A stretch of DNA of 64,000 nt, taken from positions 1-64,000 of the forward strand of contig JANOQI010000048.1 in assembly GCA_031414775.1 (NCBI GenBank), written 5' to 3'. The notes under the pieces were generated by a model, which saw nothing but the letters and a program-made list of their open reading frames with translations, was not told where the DNA came from and ran no database searches. The stretch comes from Synechococcales cyanobacterium VAR_4_metabat_354. GTDB taxonomy: Bacteria; Cyanobacteriota; Cyanobacteriia; Cyanobacteriales; Chamaesiphonaceae. The translations under genes were made by a program, and so were the position numbers. Positions 42,038-53,131 of the stretch are shown here, piece by piece; within the stretch, counting starts at the first letter, position 1, and the number at the start of each line of letters is the position of its first letter.

Positions 42038-42895
42038 ATGTCCCATTTCGCTTTACCCCCTTGGATTGTTCTAGATGCTCTGCTCGATCGCTGGCTGCAA
42101 GAAGACATTGGTCGCGGCGATCGAGCTAGTCAGGGTTTACCGCCACGCCTGATGACAGCACGGTGGACGGTGAAAGCACCAGGGTTAATAGCTGGTCTGC
42201 CCGTCGCCGCTCGGGTTTTTCAGCGGCTGAGTCCTAGTATTAATTTTCAAGCACTAGTGGAGGAAGGCACAAATTGTGAACCTCAAACAGTTATTGCTGA
42301 AATCACCGGCCAAATTGCTGATTTACTGATGGGTGAGCGCACGGCTTTGAATTTGGTGATGCGCTTAAGCGGCATTGCCACAGCAACCCATACTTACGCC
42401 GCTACGATCGCCGATTTACCAGTCAAATTGGTGGATACTCGCAAAACGACACCAGGCTTAAGAATCCTGGAAAAATATGCCACCACCGTTGGCGGCGGGG
42501 TCAATCACCGTTGGGGTTTGGATGACGGGGCAATGATTAAAGATAACCATATTGCAGCGGCTGGGGGGATCGCCGCAGCGGTAGCAGCAGTGCGCCAAGT
42601 TCTACCCTATCCCCTGACGATCGAAGTAGAAACCGAATCGATCGCTCAAGTCCAGGAGGCGCTGGACTGCGGTGTAGATATCATTATGTTGGATAATATG
42701 CCAGTGGAGATGATGAAAATGGCGGTAGCAGCTTGTCGGCAGTTCAATCCGCGTATTAAGTTGGAAGCCTCTGGAAATATTACACTGGCTACTATTCGGG
42801 CAGTGGCAGCAACGGGGGTAGATTACATTTCTACTAGTGCTCCGATCACTCGGTCGCCGTGGCTAGATATCAGTATGCGCTTAATCGTTCCGTAA
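42038..42895 (+). CDS. nadC: Nicotinate-nucleotide pyrophosphorylase (carboxylating)
   Basis: ED.G.GD, ERTALN, DTRKTTPG.R, NHR.GL.D..MIKDNH, IMLDN, EASG. Confidence 0.97.
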   Translation: MSHFALPPWIVLDALLDRWLQEDIGRGDRASQGLPPRLMTARWTVKAPGLIAGLPVAARVFQRLSPSINFQALVEEGTNCEPQTVIAEITGQIADLLMGERTALNLVMRLSGIATATHTYAATIADLPVKLVDTRKTTPGLRILEKYATTVGGGVNHRWGLDDGAMIKDNHIAAAGGIAAAVAAVRQVLPYPLTIEVETESIAQVQEALDCGVDIIMLDNMPVEMMKMAVAACRQFNPRIKLEASGNITLATIRAVAATGVDYISTSAPITRSPWLDISMRLIVP

Positions 42896-42968
42896 GTACT
42901 CTACTGGGGACAACAGCGGTATGATACAGCATGGTTGTTAATGGTCAGCACTGAGAGGATTGCCGTAT

Positions 42969-43778
42969 ATGGATTTTTGGAAGCAGGTATTCACCCTGGC
43001 AGAATCGACAGCCCAGCGGGTTGGTCAGCAGCTCCTCCAAGATTTTGGCCATGCTACAGCTCAGACTAAAGCCGATGGTAGTTTAGTTACTCAGTCCGAT
43101 CAATGGGCAGATGCGGAGATTAAAGCAACCATCACAGCCGCTTTCCCCGATCATGCGGTGCTCAGCGAAGAAGACTTTCATCTTTTTACCGATACGCCTT
43201 GGACTTGGGTAATCGATCCGATCGATGGCACTACCAATTTCACCAGAGGAATCCCGTTGTGGGGAGTATCGATCGGTTTGCTTTATCAAGGCCAGCCAGT
43301 ATTTGGCTACATCTTTTTTCCGCCAGTCCAGCAAACTTTTTACGGCTATTGGCCGGGTACTACTGGTTTAGATATGCCGCAAGGGGCTTGGCTGAATGGT
43401 CAACCCATTCACAGCAGCGCTGACCAACCCAGCAGCAATCATCTCTTCGGTCTCTGTGCCCGGAGTAGTAGTGTGTTGAAGAATAAGCTACCAGCCAAAA
43501 TTCGGATGATTGGAGTAACTACTTATAGCTTCTCGGCGGTGGCGGCGGGGTTGATGATCGGGGCGGTAGAATCTACACCCAAGATTTGGGATTTAGCAGC
43601 AGTATGGCCGATTTTGCACGCTGCTGGCGGTCATTGGATTTCGCTGTCGGCTGATCCGATTTTTCCGGCACAGGTGGGGAAGGATTATGGTAGTTATCCG
43701 CTACCTAGTTTGTTGCTAGCGCGATCGGAGTTAGCACCAATGTTCGAGCCACTAATTCGAGATGGACTAGGTAAATAA
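42969..43778 (+). CDS. Inositol monophosphatase family protein
   Basis: SEE, WVIDPIDGTTNF, WDLAA. Confidence 0.93.
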   Translation: MDFWKQVFTLAESTAQRVGQQLLQDFGHATAQTKADGSLVTQSDQWADAEIKATITAAFPDHAVLSEEDFHLFTDTPWTWVIDPIDGTTNFTRGIPLWGVSIGLLYQGQPVFGYIFFPPVQQTFYGYWPGTTGLDMPQGAWLNGQPIHSSADQPSSNHLFGLCARSSSVLKNKLPAKIRMIGVTTYSFSAVAAGLMIGAVESTPKIWDLAAVWPILHAAGGHWISLSADPIFPAQVGKDYGSYPLPSLLLARSELAPMFEPLIRDGLGK

Positions 43779-43837
43779 GCTAAATATCACTGGTCGCGAA
43801 TCAAACAAGATTGAGACAGGTTTCGATCGATCACATT

Positions 43838-44104
43838 CTAATTGTTGCGATACCGAATTTTGAGCACCAAAATCACTCCAGCTAACAGGAGGGTAAAGAT
43901 ATTAGCCAGCAAAATCGGCAAATCGTGAATCGCTAACCCATAGGCTAACCAGAGGATGATGCCCAGGCACAACACAATTAGCATTGTCCAAGAAATATCC
44001 CCGGCAGATTTAGACTGCCACGTTTTGATTAATTGTGGGAGGTACGCGATCGTGGTTAATATGCCTGCGGTGATTCCCAAGGTTGTGATGTAATCAATTT
44101 CCAT
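43838..44104 (-). CDS. SemiSWEET (PQ-loop) transporter
   Basis: LTTIAYLPQLIKTWQSKSA.DIS, LWLAYG, PILLAN. Confidence 0.92.
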   Translation of the reverse strand: MEIDYITTLGITAGILTTIAYLPQLIKTWQSKSAGDISWTMLIVLCLGIILWLAYGLAIHDLPILLANIFTLLLAGVILVLKIRYRNN

Positions 44105-44202
44105 TGGTTAATGACTAAAAATTCTTTAGTCTGCATCTTTAGGAAAATTATAGAGCGAATTTAATTTCAGCAGCGCCAGTTTTTCAATTTTGATTCGATC
44201 GA

Positions 44203-45213
44203 TCAAGCCAAAAACTTCACTAACTCGGTCAGTTTTTCCCAGGCCGCACCGCTGGCTAAGACTTGTTTGGCGATCGATATCCCTTTTTGATGATCGCCCA
44301 AGGGCACCATCCCCCCCACTTGCAGTGCCAGACTGGTATTTAGAGCTACCACATCTTGTTGTGCGGTTGTGCCCCAGCCTTGTAGCAACTCAGTCAAGAT
44401 GCCCGCATTAGTAGCCACATCACCACCCGCTAAGGCCGCAATTGGGGCGTGGACAATCCCCAATTCCATAGGCTTAATAACGGCTGACTGCACCTGACCA
44501 TTCACCAGAATCGCTAAATCCGTCGCATCCCCCAAACCAGCCTCATCCAGCTTTTCCCGGCCATGCAAGACGATCGCTGTTTCTGTACCCAAGATTCCCA
44601 AAGCTTCAGCCATTACAGTAAGTAATTGAGGATCAGAGGTGCCAATTATTTGACCGGTGGGGCGCAGGGGATTAACCAACGGACCGAGTAGATTAAAAAC
44701 CGTCCGAATTTTTAGTTCTTGACGCAGCGGAGCTACCGCTTTCATTGCCGGATGCCAACCGGGGGCAAACAAAAACGTAATTCCCACTTCCTCTACAGCG
44801 GCTCGCACTCGATCGCTGGCTGCTCCCAAATTCACCCTTAAAGATTCCAAAACATCGGCAGAACCCACCCGACTGGAGGCCGATCGATTGCCGTGTTTAG
44901 CAACTTTTAAACCCGCTGCTGCCGCTACAAAGGCTACTGCTGTGGAAATATTAAAGGTATCTGCCCCATCACCGCCAGTACCGCAGGTATCGATCACCGG
45001 CTGGGGATGATCGATCGCCTCGGCCTGTAGAACCTTAGCCATCCCGGCCAGTTCTGCTGCGGATAAGCCCTTGGCTCGCAAAGCCACCAAAATCGCCCCG
45101 GATAATCCAGGGGAGATTTGCTCATTGAGCCAGCCCTGCATCAATTTTGTGGCTTGGTCTTGGCTGAGAGATTGTCGATCGAGTAGTTGTTGCAGGAGTT
45201 GTGGCCAAGACAT
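44203..45213 (-). CDS. trpD: Anthranilate phosphoribosyltransferase
   Basis: [36 protein letters not shown]. Confidence 0.97.
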   Translation of the reverse strand: MSWPQLLQQLLDRQSLSQDQATKLMQGWLNEQISPGLSGAILVALRAKGLSAAELAGMAKVLQAEAIDHPQPVIDTCGTGGDGADTFNISTAVAFVAAAAGLKVAKHGNRSASSRVGSADVLESLRVNLGAASDRVRAAVEEVGITFLFAPGWHPAMKAVAPLRQELKIRTVFNLLGPLVNPLRPTGQIIGTSDPQLLTVMAEALGILGTETAIVLHGREKLDEAGLGDATDLAILVNGQVQSAVIKPMELGIVHAPIAALAGGDVATNAGILTELLQGWGTTAQQDVVALNTSLALQVGGMVPLGDHQKGISIAKQVLASGAAWEKLTELVKFLA

Positions 45214-45559
45214 ACGCGAAATGAATCAAGAATTGATCTGATTTTAAAGCAGTTCGAGCGAAACAACCCCATCTACTTTGATGACTAGGGATTGGATTGC
45301 GCCGCTGGCGTATTTGGCCATCCTTGAGATTATTTATGATATACTATCGGTGTCGTAAAGTTAACCATTCCTTTGGTTGATCGATTGTTGGTCATAGACG
45401 GCACCTTCCTCGGCACCACCAATAAGCGAAATCCTTTGCCTTTCCGATGGAAAATAATCAGTACAGCGTCACCAATCTCTGTGCACGGATTCGTGCCCGC
45501 CAGTCCCAAGGAAAAAATTATTCTTTGATTGTTGTCTCCGAAACGGTAAAGACATAATA

Positions 45560-46021
45560 ATGACTGAGATCGCATGTGCCATTGGCCTGGGTAGTAACCT
45601 GGGTCCTAGTCAGCAAATTTTGGAACAGTCGATCGCCCAACTCCTTGCTGTTTCTCAAATTAAAAACATCCAGGTTTCTCGCTGGTACCAAACTAAACCA
45701 GTGGGGCCGCCCCAACCCGACTACCTAAATGGCTGTGCTACTTTTACAACTAGTTTGAATCCTTGGCAATTGTTGGAGGTCTTGCAATCGATCGAACAAC
45801 ATTTTGGTCGGGAGCGACAGGTGCATTGGGGAGCCAGGACGCTGGATTTGGATTTGTTGCTCTATGGTCGCTGGCAAATTGAGACAGCAAATCTGCAAGT
45901 ACCTCACCCTTACATGGCGGAGCGTAGTTTTGTGTTGGTGCCGCTGGCGGAAATTGCTGGGGATTGGTTGTGGCATGGCGTGTCTATTAATGATCTGCGA
46001 TCAAGGTTAGGCTGTGAATAA
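45560..46021 (+). CDS. folK: 2-amino-4-hydroxy-6-hydroxymethyldihydropteridine diphosphokinase
   Basis: IGLGSNLG, PDYLN, WGARTLDLDLL, PHP...ER.FVLVPL. Confidence 0.97.
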   Translation: MTEIACAIGLGSNLGPSQQILEQSIAQLLAVSQIKNIQVSRWYQTKPVGPPQPDYLNGCATFTTSLNPWQLLEVLQSIEQHFGRERQVHWGARTLDLDLLLYGRWQIETANLQVPHPYMAERSFVLVPLAEIAGDWLWHGVSINDLRSRLGCE

Positions 46022-46083
46022 CAACATAATTGGCTTTTTTCTCCTATACTTTTTTGGGATAGAGCCTCTCACACCATAAAATT

Positions 46084-46632
46084 ATGCCCCTCGGAAACGA
46101 AATAGCAGAAGTCATTCAGCCTCAATTTTTCTATCAGTCGCGCAAATTTTCGATTCGGGGCGACAGGTTACGGCTCCCCAACGGTGTCGAAGGAGAATGG
46201 ACTTGTGTCCAGCATCCCGGCGGTGCCACCGTAGTACCAGTGACCCCTGATGGCCGATTAATTTTAGTGAAGCAGTATCGGTTTGCCGTGCGGGGTCGGA
46301 TCTTAGAGTTTCCCGCTGGCACCTTAGAAATCGGTGAAAGTCCCGCCGAAACCATCCAGCGTGAGATTGAAGAAGAAACGGGTCATCAGGCCAGCAAATG
46401 GACGGACTTGGGTGAATTCTTTTTAGCTCCCGGCTACTCCGATGAAATTATTTATGCCTTCCTAGCCGAAGGCGCAGTACCAGTCCCCAATCCTCCCGCT
46501 CAAGATGATGACGAAGACATGGAAGTAGTGTTTATGACCCCAGCCGAACTAGAAGCTCAAATTTTTGCCGGAACCGGGATTGATGCCAAGTCGATCGCGG
46601 CCTATTTTCTAGCCAAGCGTTTTTTGTCTTAA
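46084..46632 (+). CDS. NUDIX hydrolase (ADP-ribose pyrophosphatase-like)
   Basis: KQYR, EFPAG.LE.GE.P..TIQREIEEETG Nudix box. Confidence 0.92.
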   Translation: MPLGNEIAEVIQPQFFYQSRKFSIRGDRLRLPNGVEGEWTCVQHPGGATVVPVTPDGRLILVKQYRFAVRGRILEFPAGTLEIGESPAETIQREIEEETGHQASKWTDLGEFFLAPGYSDEIIYAFLAEGAVPVPNPPAQDDDEDMEVVFMTPAELEAQIFAGTGIDAKSIAAYFLAKRFLS

Positions 46633-46633
46633 A

Positions 46634-47242
46634 TCAAACTGGACTCTGACCATAAATAGGTAAAACCGATTCCCAAGACGATCGATCGCCCTTTTCCCAT
46701 TGATACTTAGCTAACTCCCACACCGCCGACACCGTATAACTCACATCCGCACCAGCTGCAATCACTACCCGTTGCGAACCAGCAGTTTTTAGCGCCCATT
46801 CCTCGGGAGTTGTTACTTGATCGGCTTGTCGCACTGATAATTTTTGCTGTGGCCGATCAACCATATAAATGCCGGCATGAATCTGATCGCGCTGGGCAGG
46901 AATTTCCACCGCGATCGATCCATCTTGACCCTGGCTCCAAGCGATCGCCGCCAAACTAGAAATCCCAAACACCGGAATCTGGAGCTGCTGACCAATCGTG
47001 CGCGCCGTAACTACAGCGAGTCTAGTTCCCGTAAATCCCCCCGGTCCGATCGCCACTGCCACCCAGGCCAAATCCGACCAAGACTGAGGCACCATAAATT
47101 TTGCTAGATAAGATTGCAGCACGTTAGAAGTCTCCCGACCCAACGGCCAAGACTGAGATCGACAACTTGCAGCTGCTAAATCTCCGATCGATAGTCCCAA
47201 TGCAGGGCTACTAGTGTGCAGTGCCAGACCGTATTTCGCCAT
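46634..47242 (-). CDS. tsaB: tRNA threonylcarbamoyladenosine biosynthesis protein TsaB
   Basis: MAKYGLALHTS, GPGGFTGTR, ISSL, LP.YGQ.PV. Confidence 0.9.
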   Translation of the reverse strand: MAKYGLALHTSSPALGLSIGDLAAASCRSQSWPLGRETSNVLQSYLAKFMVPQSWSDLAWVAVAIGPGGFTGTRLAVVTARTIGQQLQIPVFGISSLAAIAWSQGQDGSIAVEIPAQRDQIHAGIYMVDRPQQKLSVRQADQVTTPEEWALKTAGSQRVVIAAGADVSYTVSAVWELAKYQWEKGDRSSWESVLPIYGQSPV

Positions 47243-49145
47243 AAATTTTAATTGTTTTATCCCAACTGCCCCCGACCAATTTAGCACTATCCGGGCTAAA
47301 AGCCAGGGCTTTGACGGCACTACTAAAGTCGTCGGTAATGACTTGCGCCAACTCCCCACTAGGCAAATGCCAGAGCCGGATGGTGCGATCGATCGACCCA
47401 GAAGCCAACCATTGATTATTGGGACTAATCGCCACGCTCAAAACTGTGTCACGATGACCCCTCAAAAATTGACTTCGGGAAGTTTGCAGATCTTGCAACT
47501 TGACGGTGTGATCAGCGCTGGCACTAGCAATATATCGATCGCTGATCGCCAGTTGATGAATAGTGCCGCTATGGACATCATTCATGATTTTAATAGGGTT
47601 TTTTTTGGCAGTATCCCAAAACCGGATACTGCGATCGGCTCCGGCACTCACCAAAATCTCACTGTTTGGCAAAAATCCCAGACTAGTCACCGACTGATTG
47701 TGACCATCAAAGGTATACACTAGCGACCAGTTATCGCTATTCCACAGCCGGATTTTTTGGTCTGCACTGGCACTCGCCAACAGCTTGCCGTTACCACTAA
47801 AGGCCATAGCATAGACTTTGCCTCCATGACTATCATCGGTGCTGAGGTCAACCCGCAGGGTACGCACCACCGCGCCAATGTGCGGCATCCGGCGCACCTG
47901 GACTTTTTTGTCTTCGCCACTAACCATGATTTGGCCAGCAGGGTGAATAGCGATCGCCCAAATTTCCCGATTACTGCATATGCAGGCGGCGGGCTTTTGG
48001 AAACGGAGATTCCAAATCGCCATATTTCCTAGCTCATCAGCACTAGCCAAAGATTGGCCATCCGGGAAAAAAGCCAACGCATTGATTGGCCGACTGTGCC
48101 AATCCAGAGTATTTTCTAGTCGCCAATATGGAAATGACTGCTGTTGAGATTCTTGAACAGCTGGCTGATTGACAATAGCCGGTAGCCTCGACTGGTAAGT
48201 ACTTGTTGCTGTTGTTGCACTAGTCAGCGGCATCGTCTGGGGCATGACGGGTGGGATAGACCGCTCAGCCGCTAAATCTTTAAATACCTCTGCTACAGAC
48301 TGGTAACGTTCGGCTAAAGTATAAGCCACTAATTTATTGAGGATGGTGGTGAAGTGGTGGTCGATCGATCGATCGCCCAGCTGCTTTTCCCAGATCCAAA
48401 CCATTTCGTTCATGTCACTGAGTTGGTCAGGGGCGATGCCGGTCAATAGATTCAGGCAAGTGACTCCCAGACTATACAGATCGCTGCCAAAGGTGGCAAA
48501 ACCACGCAGCTGCTCAGGAGCCGTATATTCAAAAGTGCCGATGCTGGTACCTTGATTGACCACGGTTGTCGCTGATACCGACTTGGCCGCCCCAAAATCT
48601 ACTAAAAATAGCTTGCGATCGCTAGCCCGGCGAATGATATTTTCGGGTTTAATATCCCGATGAATCACTTGATTCTCATGGACATACCCCAAAATCTTGA
48701 GCAACTCTGGCAAGATTTCTAGAATTTTGGCTGGAGAAAAAGCGCCTTCTTCGTGCAACTCGTCTGCTAAATTTTGACCACTGATGAATTCTTGAACTAA
48801 ATACTGCTGACCATCAGCCGTCACAAAGTAGGCAAACAAATCGGGGATTTGGGGATGGACACCCAGTCTTTCCAGGGTAGCCGCTTCCTGCTTAAATAAT
48901 TCTCCGGCCTTAGCAATCGAGGCGGTGCCCTGCACAGTGGGAAAAAACTGTTTAATCACACAGGGCGGCTGGGAAGGTCGGTCTTCATCCACTGCCAGGA
49001 AAGTTTTGCCAAATCCACCCTGACCAATCAGTGCAATAGCTCGATATCGATCGCGCAACAATAAAGGGTCACCACAATTGATGCAAAACTTAGACTGTTC
49101 AGCATTTTGAGGCTTGGTGCATTTGGGATTGAGGCAATAACTCAT
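47211..49145 (-). CDS. Hanks-type Ser/Thr kinase with C-terminal WD40 repeats
   Basis: YCLNP.C N-terminus, GQGGFG, HRDIKPEN, DFG, APE; about 7 WD repeats. Confidence 0.95.
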   Translation of the reverse strand: MSYCLNPKCTKPQNAEQSKFCINCGDPLLLRDRYRAIALIGQGGFGKTFLAVDEDRPSQPPCVIKQFFPTVQGTASIAKAGELFKQEAATLERLGVHPQIPDLFAYFVTADGQQYLVQEFISGQNLADELHEEGAFSPAKILEILPELLKILGYVHENQVIHRDIKPENIIRRASDRKLFLVDFGAAKSVSATTVVNQGTSIGTFEYTAPEQLRGFATFGSDLYSLGVTCLNLLTGIAPDQLSDMNEMVWIWEKQLGDRSIDHHFTTILNKLVAYTLAERYQSVAEVFKDLAAERSIPPVMPQTMPLTSATTATSTYQSRLPAIVNQPAVQESQQQSFPYWRLENTLDWHSRPINALAFFPDGQSLASADELGNMAIWNLRFQKPAACICSNREIWAIAIHPAGQIMVSGEDKKVQVRRMPHIGAVVRTLRVDLSTDDSHGGKVYAMAFSGNGKLLASASADQKIRLWNSDNWSLVYTFDGHNQSVTSLGFLPNSEILVSAGADRSIRFWDTAKKNPIKIMNDVHSGTIHQLAISDRYIASASADHTVKLQDLQTSRSQFLRGHRDTVLSVAISPNNQWLASGSIDRTIRLWHLPSGELAQVITDDFSSAVKALAFSPDSAKLVGGSWDKTIKIYGEIRSGTAH

Positions 49146-49201
49146 GATGATTGGAACAGATATTCAATTTTCAGTCCAGCTAGAATCTTCCTAAACCTTT
49201 T

Positions 49202-50188
49202 TTACTCAGCAATGCTTACTTCCCCTGGTGCCGACTGCTTGCTATACATCATGTCTGCGGCCCAGTTATAAGTGGTAAATTTGGGCAAAACTTCTTGGCA
49301 AAAAGCAGCAGCAGCTTGCGATCGATAGCGGTTGGGGTTCACAATCACGGCCAGTATTCTTTGAATCGTCACTCCTTCGATTTGGGCGCGGCAGATTAGC
49401 CCCATTTGCAGCTCTTTTTCGATGGCGGATAAAGAAACAAAAGCAGCGCCCAAACCAGCTTGTACCGCATTCTTGATCGCTTCGATCGAGTTCAACTCCA
49501 TTTCAATCTTCAGGCGCTTAGGGTCAATATCGCAGCGGGTCAATACCTGGTCGATTACCTTGCGAATTGTAGACTGGGAATCGAGGGCAATAAATTTTAG
49601 CTTGTAAAGATCGTCTTTTTGAATACTACCCATTTTGGCAAAAGCATGGCCGCTGGGAATAATCAGAGCTAGCTCGTCTTCGGCATAGGGAATCACTTCC
49701 AACGATTCTTGCAGTTCAGCCGGTACCTCACCACCAATAATTGCTAAATCTACCTGCCCGTTGGCCACACTCCAAGCAGTGCGGCGGGTGGAATGGACAT
49801 GTAGCTGTACAGCTACTTCTGGATACTTTTCCCGAAACACACCAATCATCCGAGGCAGTAGATAAGTACCAGTCGTTTGAGAAGCCCCCACAATCAAGGT
49901 ACCGCCTTGTAAATTTTGCAAATCTTCGATCGCACGACAAGTTTCTTGGCATAGGGTCAAAATTTTATCGCCATATTCCAAAAGCAGATGTCCGGCCTCG
50001 GTGAGTTGAGCGCGTCTTCCTCCTCGATCGAACAGAGGTACGTCTAACTGCCTTTCCAGGTTTTGAACTTGCAAGCTGACAGCCGGTTGAGAGACATATA
50101 AACTGTCAGCAGCTCTTTTAAAGCTACCTTCAGCCGCAATTGCTTTTAAGATTCGCAACTGGTCTAAAGTAAAAGGGAGGTCAGACAT
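49202..50188 (-). CDS. rbcR: LysR-type regulator RbcR/Ycf30
   Basis: [53 protein letters not shown]. Confidence 0.92.
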   Translation of the reverse strand: MSDLPFTLDQLRILKAIAAEGSFKRAADSLYVSQPAVSLQVQNLERQLDVPLFDRGGRRAQLTEAGHLLLEYGDKILTLCQETCRAIEDLQNLQGGTLIVGASQTTGTYLLPRMIGVFREKYPEVAVQLHVHSTRRTAWSVANGQVDLAIIGGEVPAELQESLEVIPYAEDELALIIPSGHAFAKMGSIQKDDLYKLKFIALDSQSTIRKVIDQVLTRCDIDPKRLKIEMELNSIEAIKNAVQAGLGAAFVSLSAIEKELQMGLICRAQIEGVTIQRILAVIVNPNRYRSQAAAAFCQEVLPKFTTYNWAADMMYSKQSAPGEVSIAE

Positions 50189-50312
50189 AGCCTAAATCTT
50201 TAGCAGATGAATAGGGAGGAGTCACAGGCACAGGCCGCAACTCCTCAATTATCTACGAAAGTTGATTTTTTATAATAAAAACTTATGTTACAGGTTTAGC
50301 TGCTAAGCCAGA

Positions 50313-50585
50313 CTAGTTGAGAGATTGCAACAATAGGGGCACAACAGAACCAATGGCGCTAAGAGCAAAGATAGCCAGCATTGGTGATAAGTCAAAGTTG
50401 CCGACGGGTGGAATGATATTACGGAAGATATTCAGGTAAGGATCGGTAACTGGACTTAAATACCCAGCAACTTGCTGCATCCATTCCACCGCTGGAAACC
50501 AAGTTAATAGTAGACGGACAAAGATCAGGGTGCTATAAATCGAAATGAAATTCTGAATACTGGTTAATAGTAATAGGGATGTCAT
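50313..50585 (-). CDS. YggT/Ycf19 family membrane protein
   Basis: RLLLTWFP, TDPYLNIFR.IIPP...DLSP. Confidence 0.92.
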   Translation of the reverse strand: MTSLLLLTSIQNFISIYSTLIFVRLLLTWFPAVEWMQQVAGYLSPVTDPYLNIFRNIIPPVGNFDLSPMLAIFALSAIGSVVPLLLQSLN

Positions 50586-50645
50586 GATTACCGAGAGAAT
50601 ATTTTCAGACTATGTTTGAATTTTAACTGATCCAGTAGCCAGCAA

Positions 50646-50978
50646 CTAGACTTCCGGCTGTTTGCTAATAGACAAGTGTTCTTCTGCCAACTGCTCTGAT
50701 GATGTTTCGCCCATTTGAACGTTACTCAACGAAGACCGCACCTGTTCGATCGCCCCATTTAAGTCAGCAATCTTATTTTCTAGGCTCTGTTGGGCGGATT
50801 CCATCAGGTCATTATTGGGCACACCACTTTGGGTACGGGCTTTGATCCGACGCAACACCTCTGGCTCTTCGCCGTTGAGTTGGCGACTAGCCAAGACTGC
50901 GCCAATCGTTCCGCCGACTAGACCACCGACCAAGCTACCCAGCAAGAAACCAGCACTAAAACCATCACGTTGACTCAT
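50646..50978 (-). CDS. Conserved hypothetical protein (Gly-rich TM + coiled coil)
   Basis: MSQRDGFSAGFLLG..VGG.VG, LE.KIA.LN.AIE.VR; usual neighbour of yggT/upp. Confidence 0.8.
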   Translation of the reverse strand: MSQRDGFSAGFLLGSLVGGLVGGTIGAVLASRQLNGEEPEVLRRIKARTQSGVPNNDLMESAQQSLENKIADLNGAIEQVRSSLSNVQMGETSSEQLAEEHLSISKQPEV

Positions 50979-51045
50979 AACTCTCTCCAGTAGTTTGATA
51001 TTGTGATTATTATTTGATAGATTGCCCAGATTGATGGCTCAGAGC

Positions 51046-51699
51046 TTAGGTGCCAAACACTCGATCGCCGACATCGCCTAGCCCAGGCACGACAAAACCG
51101 CGATCATTGAGGCTTTCATCAATCATAGCGGCATAAATTTGCAGTGCGGGGTAATCGATCGCCAATTTTTGCAACGCCGGAGCTGCCACCACAACACTAA
51201 TGATTCTAATCTGGCTCGGATCAGCTCCCCGCTTGGTTAGTTCAATCAGCACTTGTCTGATCGTCCCGCCAGTGGCTAGCATTGGTTCGGCAATCAAAAT
51301 ATGGGCGCTAGCCGGAATGTGGTGGGGCAGTTTGTTGAGATAACAAGTAGGTTGCAGAGTTTCTTCATCGCGGGCAAAGCCCAAATGAAAAACACTGGCT
51401 TCTAGGGGCAAAACCGACTGAATGCCTTCCATGAGGCTCAAACCTGCCCGCAAAATTGGGACGATTACCAGCGGGGTTTGGGGATTAATAAAAGTGGCGA
51501 TGGTTTCGCCAACCGGTGTGGTGACTGGGATATCGATCGTCGGCAGCCAGTCGCGAATGGCTTCATAAGTCAGCCATTTGCCCAACTCGGCCATTGCTTG
51601 TCCAAAGACCTTAGAAGGGGTTTCAGCGCCGCGAGCAATTCCCAACCAGTGCTTAATCAGGGGATGAGGCGGTACAAAAATACGCAGCTGGTTGGCCAT
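51046..51699 (-). CDS. upp: Uracil phosphoribosyltransferase
   Basis: PPHPLIKHWL, VPILRAG, PMLATGGT, VPGLGD.GDR.FGT. Confidence 0.96.
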   Translation of the reverse strand: MANQLRIFVPPHPLIKHWLGIARGAETPSKVFGQAMAELGKWLTYEAIRDWLPTIDIPVTTPVGETIATFINPQTPLVIVPILRAGLSLMEGIQSVLPLEASVFHLGFARDEETLQPTCYLNKLPHHIPASAHILIAEPMLATGGTIRQVLIELTKRGADPSQIRIISVVVAAPALQKLAIDYPALQIYAAMIDESLNDRGFVVPGLGDVGDRVFGT

Positions 51700-51818
51700 A
51701 GATACTCCCAAAAACAAATCCTAATTTAGCATGGCAGCGGCTTCACTGCTGGCTAGGGATGTTTAGAGCTAGAATAGTGCAGCTGATCTTTAATAAAATT
51801 TAAATATTTTAAGTTAAT

Positions 51819-52427
51819 ATGCCGATCACTCCTGGTGAAAGCGAAGCTATCAAAAAACCGGCGGCTACTACCGGTCGAATTCCACTATTGACCCGGCTGT
51901 GGCGCGTCTGGGGTGAAAATATCCAAATCCTGGTAGTGGCGCTGTTATTAGCTTTTTTAATTCGGACTTTTATCGCGGAACCGCGCTTTATTCCCTCTGC
52001 TTCGATGTTACCTACTTTGCAGCTGGGCGATCGATTGGTGGTCGAAAAGATTTCTTATCAGTTGCATCCGCCGGAGCGCTTCGATATTGCGGTCTTTAGG
52101 GTACCGCCACAATTGCAACAAGATGGCTACCAATCGGATCAAGCATTTATTAAAAGGGTGATTGGGGTACCTGGCGATCGAATTGCCATCCAAAAAGGAT
52201 GGGTGTATCTCAATGGTGAGCCGCTCTCGGAATCTTATATCGCCGAGACACCTAAATTGGAAGATCTGCCGACGGTAACGGTACCAGCCAACCAACTATT
52301 TATGATGGGTGACAATCGCAATAACAGTAATGATTCCCGCTATTGGGGTTTTCTGCCGCTGAAAAATGTCATTGGTAAGGCGGTATTTAAGTTCTTTCCG
52401 TTCGATCGAATTGGCGGGCTAGGATAA
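51819..52427 (+). CDS. lepB: Signal peptidase I
   Basis: IPSASMLPTL, FIKRVIG.PGD, MGDNRNNSNDSR.WG. Confidence 0.96.
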   Translation: MPITPGESEAIKKPAATTGRIPLLTRLWRVWGENIQILVVALLLAFLIRTFIAEPRFIPSASMLPTLQLGDRLVVEKISYQLHPPERFDIAVFRVPPQLQQDGYQSDQAFIKRVIGVPGDRIAIQKGWVYLNGEPLSESYIAETPKLEDLPTVTVPANQLFMMGDNRNNSNDSRYWGFLPLKNVIGKAVFKFFPFDRIGGLG

Positions 52428-52571
52428 AGATAGCATCTACGATCTGTGTTCACCTCAGGCACTTTGAATTTGATCAACGCTCTTCATCTATTATTTAAAG
52501 CACTGTATTTTTTGCTCTGAATACATGAATAATCTTCAGCCTTGATTAACCTGTAACGATCGTACAGTTCT

Positions 52572-53129
52572 TCAGGAAGCATTTAAATCTAGCAAACCAG
52601 CTGGGGGCGTGATTTCAATCCGCCGTTGCGCCATATCCACCACCGGTACAATTTCTGGCACAAACGGAATCCAGACTTCTTTAGTCGCTGTTTTGACCAC
52701 CAACAAATCATGGCCAAGGGAGACCAAATCCTTCACTATCCCCACTTGTTCACCCGTGGCTTGCAAAAATACCGGCAGATCAATTAAATCAGCCACATGA
52801 TATTCCCCAGCACCTAAAGCTAACCTGTCGGCAGCTGGGACTACCAACATTTTGTTCCGCAAAGATTCGGCCTGTTGGCGGTTATCGATCGCCTTCAACT
52901 TCACCACATACATATCCTTCCCCGGCAGGCCATAACCGCGCTGGAGTTGTACCGACTCCGGCTCCGCTTGGTTGTTGCTATATAACCAGCGCTCGCCAGC
53001 CACCTCAAATCGTTCGGGGAAGTCACTGTGCGGGTACACTCGCACTTCTCCCTTCAAGCCCTGCGGCGCCACAATCGTGCCGATTTCCATCCAGCCCGGT
53101 GGCGGTATTAGTTTGTTGATGGAAAGCAT
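52572..53129 (-). CDS. rimM: Ribosome maturation factor RimM
   Basis: [36 protein letters not shown]. Confidence 0.95.
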   Translation of the reverse strand: MLSINKLIPPPGWMEIGTIVAPQGLKGEVRVYPHSDFPERFEVAGERWLYSNNQAEPESVQLQRGYGLPGKDMYVVKLKAIDNRQQAESLRNKMLVVPAADRLALGAGEYHVADLIDLPVFLQATGEQVGIVKDLVSLGHDLLVVKTATKEVWIPFVPEIVPVVDMAQRRIEITPPAGLLDLNAS

Positions 53130-53131
53130 AG

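Noticed and set aside
45469..45555. 28-codon minus-strand ORF ending in Trp as a trpD attenuator leader
   Set aside because: Single Trp codon, no terminator/antiterminator before trpD, and ~250 bp from the gene.
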